Below are positions 62,818 to 64,000 of a stretch of DNA of 64,000 nucleotides, piece by piece. Source of the DNA: Carpediemonas membranifera BICM. Taxonomy: Eukaryota > Protista > Fornicata. The notes beneath the pieces were generated by a model. The model did not search any database, was not told the origin of the DNA, and saw only the letters and a list, made by a program, of their open reading frames with translations. Every line of letters begins with the position of its first letter. Position 1 is the stretch's first letter. Location: assembly GCA_019828565.1 (NCBI GenBank), contig JAHDYR010000011.1:6972-70971 (forward strand), in the 5' to 3' direction. Position numbers and translations under genes: made by a program.

Positions 62818-64000
62818 ATTTACTTTCCCAGGTTGTCCGAACGACACGCGACTCCGCGGAACTTAGGGTAACCACTCTCGCGCAGGGGCAGGGGATGCGT
62901 TATGCGATGCGGCGATGGGGCGGGAGGCGCAGGGGGGCTCGGGGACGACGCAGCCTAGAGTGGCCAAGTCAGCCGAGTCGCGACTCCAGATTTCTGTGCA
63001 GGGACCTGGTTATAGGTTGAGCTCGGCCCAGCGGGCCTTGCACTGGCTGACATAGTCACTCCAGATGCTGAGGTTGCCCTCCCAGGCCTTCAGGAAGGCC
63101 GTGTCGCGCATGGTTCCCGCCAGGTGCGGCCGTGCAATGGCGTCGCAAAACTGCACCGCCCAGTCCGCGGTCAGGCGGGACTCCCGTGGCGCCGCCGACG
63201 GTGGTGGCGGCGACCAGGAAGGTGACGTCCCAGTTGGCGTACTCCCGGGTCTTCTCGGTCTCGGCGTCGCGGGGGTGAAGACCGCAGTAGAAGTCGACGT
63301 AGACGTCGTCGTGGACGACGTTTCCGACCACGTCGCGCTCGCCCCAGACCTTGAGGTCAGCCCGCTTGTGTGTGGGGGCGTCGGCGCTCGTGACGCGGAA
63401 CCTAGGGTGGGTGTCGAGCAGATCGAACTCGGGCTTGCAGTGGGGGATGGGGCGCCCGCGGAGGTCGTCCTGGGTCACGAGATCGTGCACAGCCATCTTG
63501 ATGCTGTCGTGGCGTGCGTTGGTCGCGCCATCCTTCAGGTAGGAGCAGCCGAGGGCGTGGCGCCACGTGATGTCTTGCTGGCCACAGAGGGGCAGGTGAC
63601 CGGCATCTCGCGGAATGGGGCGATGTTGAGGTGCGCCCGGGTGACGGGGACGAACACGCTGTCGCAGGAGGTCTGCTCGAGGTCGAGGGGGCTCAGCGCG
63701 GCTTCTTTGCGGAGGAGTCCGGCGGCGGGGGCCTCGAGGGAGCTGCAGTCAGAGAGGCCCTGGGAGACCTCCCTCGGGGTCTAGGCCGAAGTCGGCGGGT
63801 GTCTTGGGGCGGTACTTGGCCGTCCAGGCTTTTGCAAGCATCGTAGTGAGTGTCTTCTGCGGCTTTTCAGCCTCGATGCTAAACAGTTCCTGGATGGTTT
63901 TGGGCCACTCCTGGCACTCTTCTGGAGAGAACAGCGCCGCCTCCATGTCCCGGGTGATGCCTAGGGCGTGCAGCTGGTGGGCTGCGCCCAAAAATGCACA
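62818..64000 (-). mobile_element. Second CRE-like RLE element (Glu-B), 3' part, in tandem with Glu-A
   Basis: RLE coding region clearly diverged from Glu-A and frameshifted; 3' UTR nearly identical; ends GTAAAT plus tRNA nt 1-13. Confidence 0.92.

Noticed and set aside
12590-63780. Programmed frameshifting as the explanation for broken RLE and Gypsy ORFs
   Set aside because: Breaks fall at scattered, non-conserved positions, and the Leu element and Gypsy A have single intact ORFs; decay or indel errors are more likely.

Overview
Eukaryotic (protist) genomic DNA. The GC-rich compact genes, 30-31 nt spliceosomal introns and an RCC1-like family member suggest a fornicate such as Carpediemonas; this is inference only. 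The window has three zones. (1) 1-34.6 kb is a dense nest of retroelements: an APE-type LINE, four Ty3/Gypsy LTR elements (three with a chromodomain), two DIRS-like tyrosine-recombinase (YR) retrotransposons plus a fragment, and CRE-like restriction-like-endonuclease (RLE) non-LTR elements, arranged around tRNA-Asp(GTC) and tRNA-Leu(AAG). (2) 34.8-57.1 kb is a TE-free block of host genes: TmcB-like, RPL34, SUMO-like, class 3 lipase, RCC1-like, a secreted repeat protein, Cdc20-like, prominin-like and ITPK1. (3) 57.6-64 kb is a second TE cluster around tRNA-Glu(CTC). Four patterns stand out. (a) All three tRNA genes are directly abutted by a CRE-like RLE retrotransposon, a different family at each; the target duplications at Glu and Leu overlap the tRNA and leave an intact gene. 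(b) YR retrotransposons and a family of ~300-bp structured non-autonomous units are stacked head-to-tail, convergent with and just downstream of each tRNA. (c) All three Gypsy elements whose 5' LTR is visible have a perfect 12-bp palindrome where the tRNA primer-binding site should be. (d) The LINE appears to carry a Maelstrom/arenavirus-NP-like DEDDh nuclease in its ORF1 region. Many TE ORFs are broken by single frameshifts, which may be real decay or long-read indel errors.
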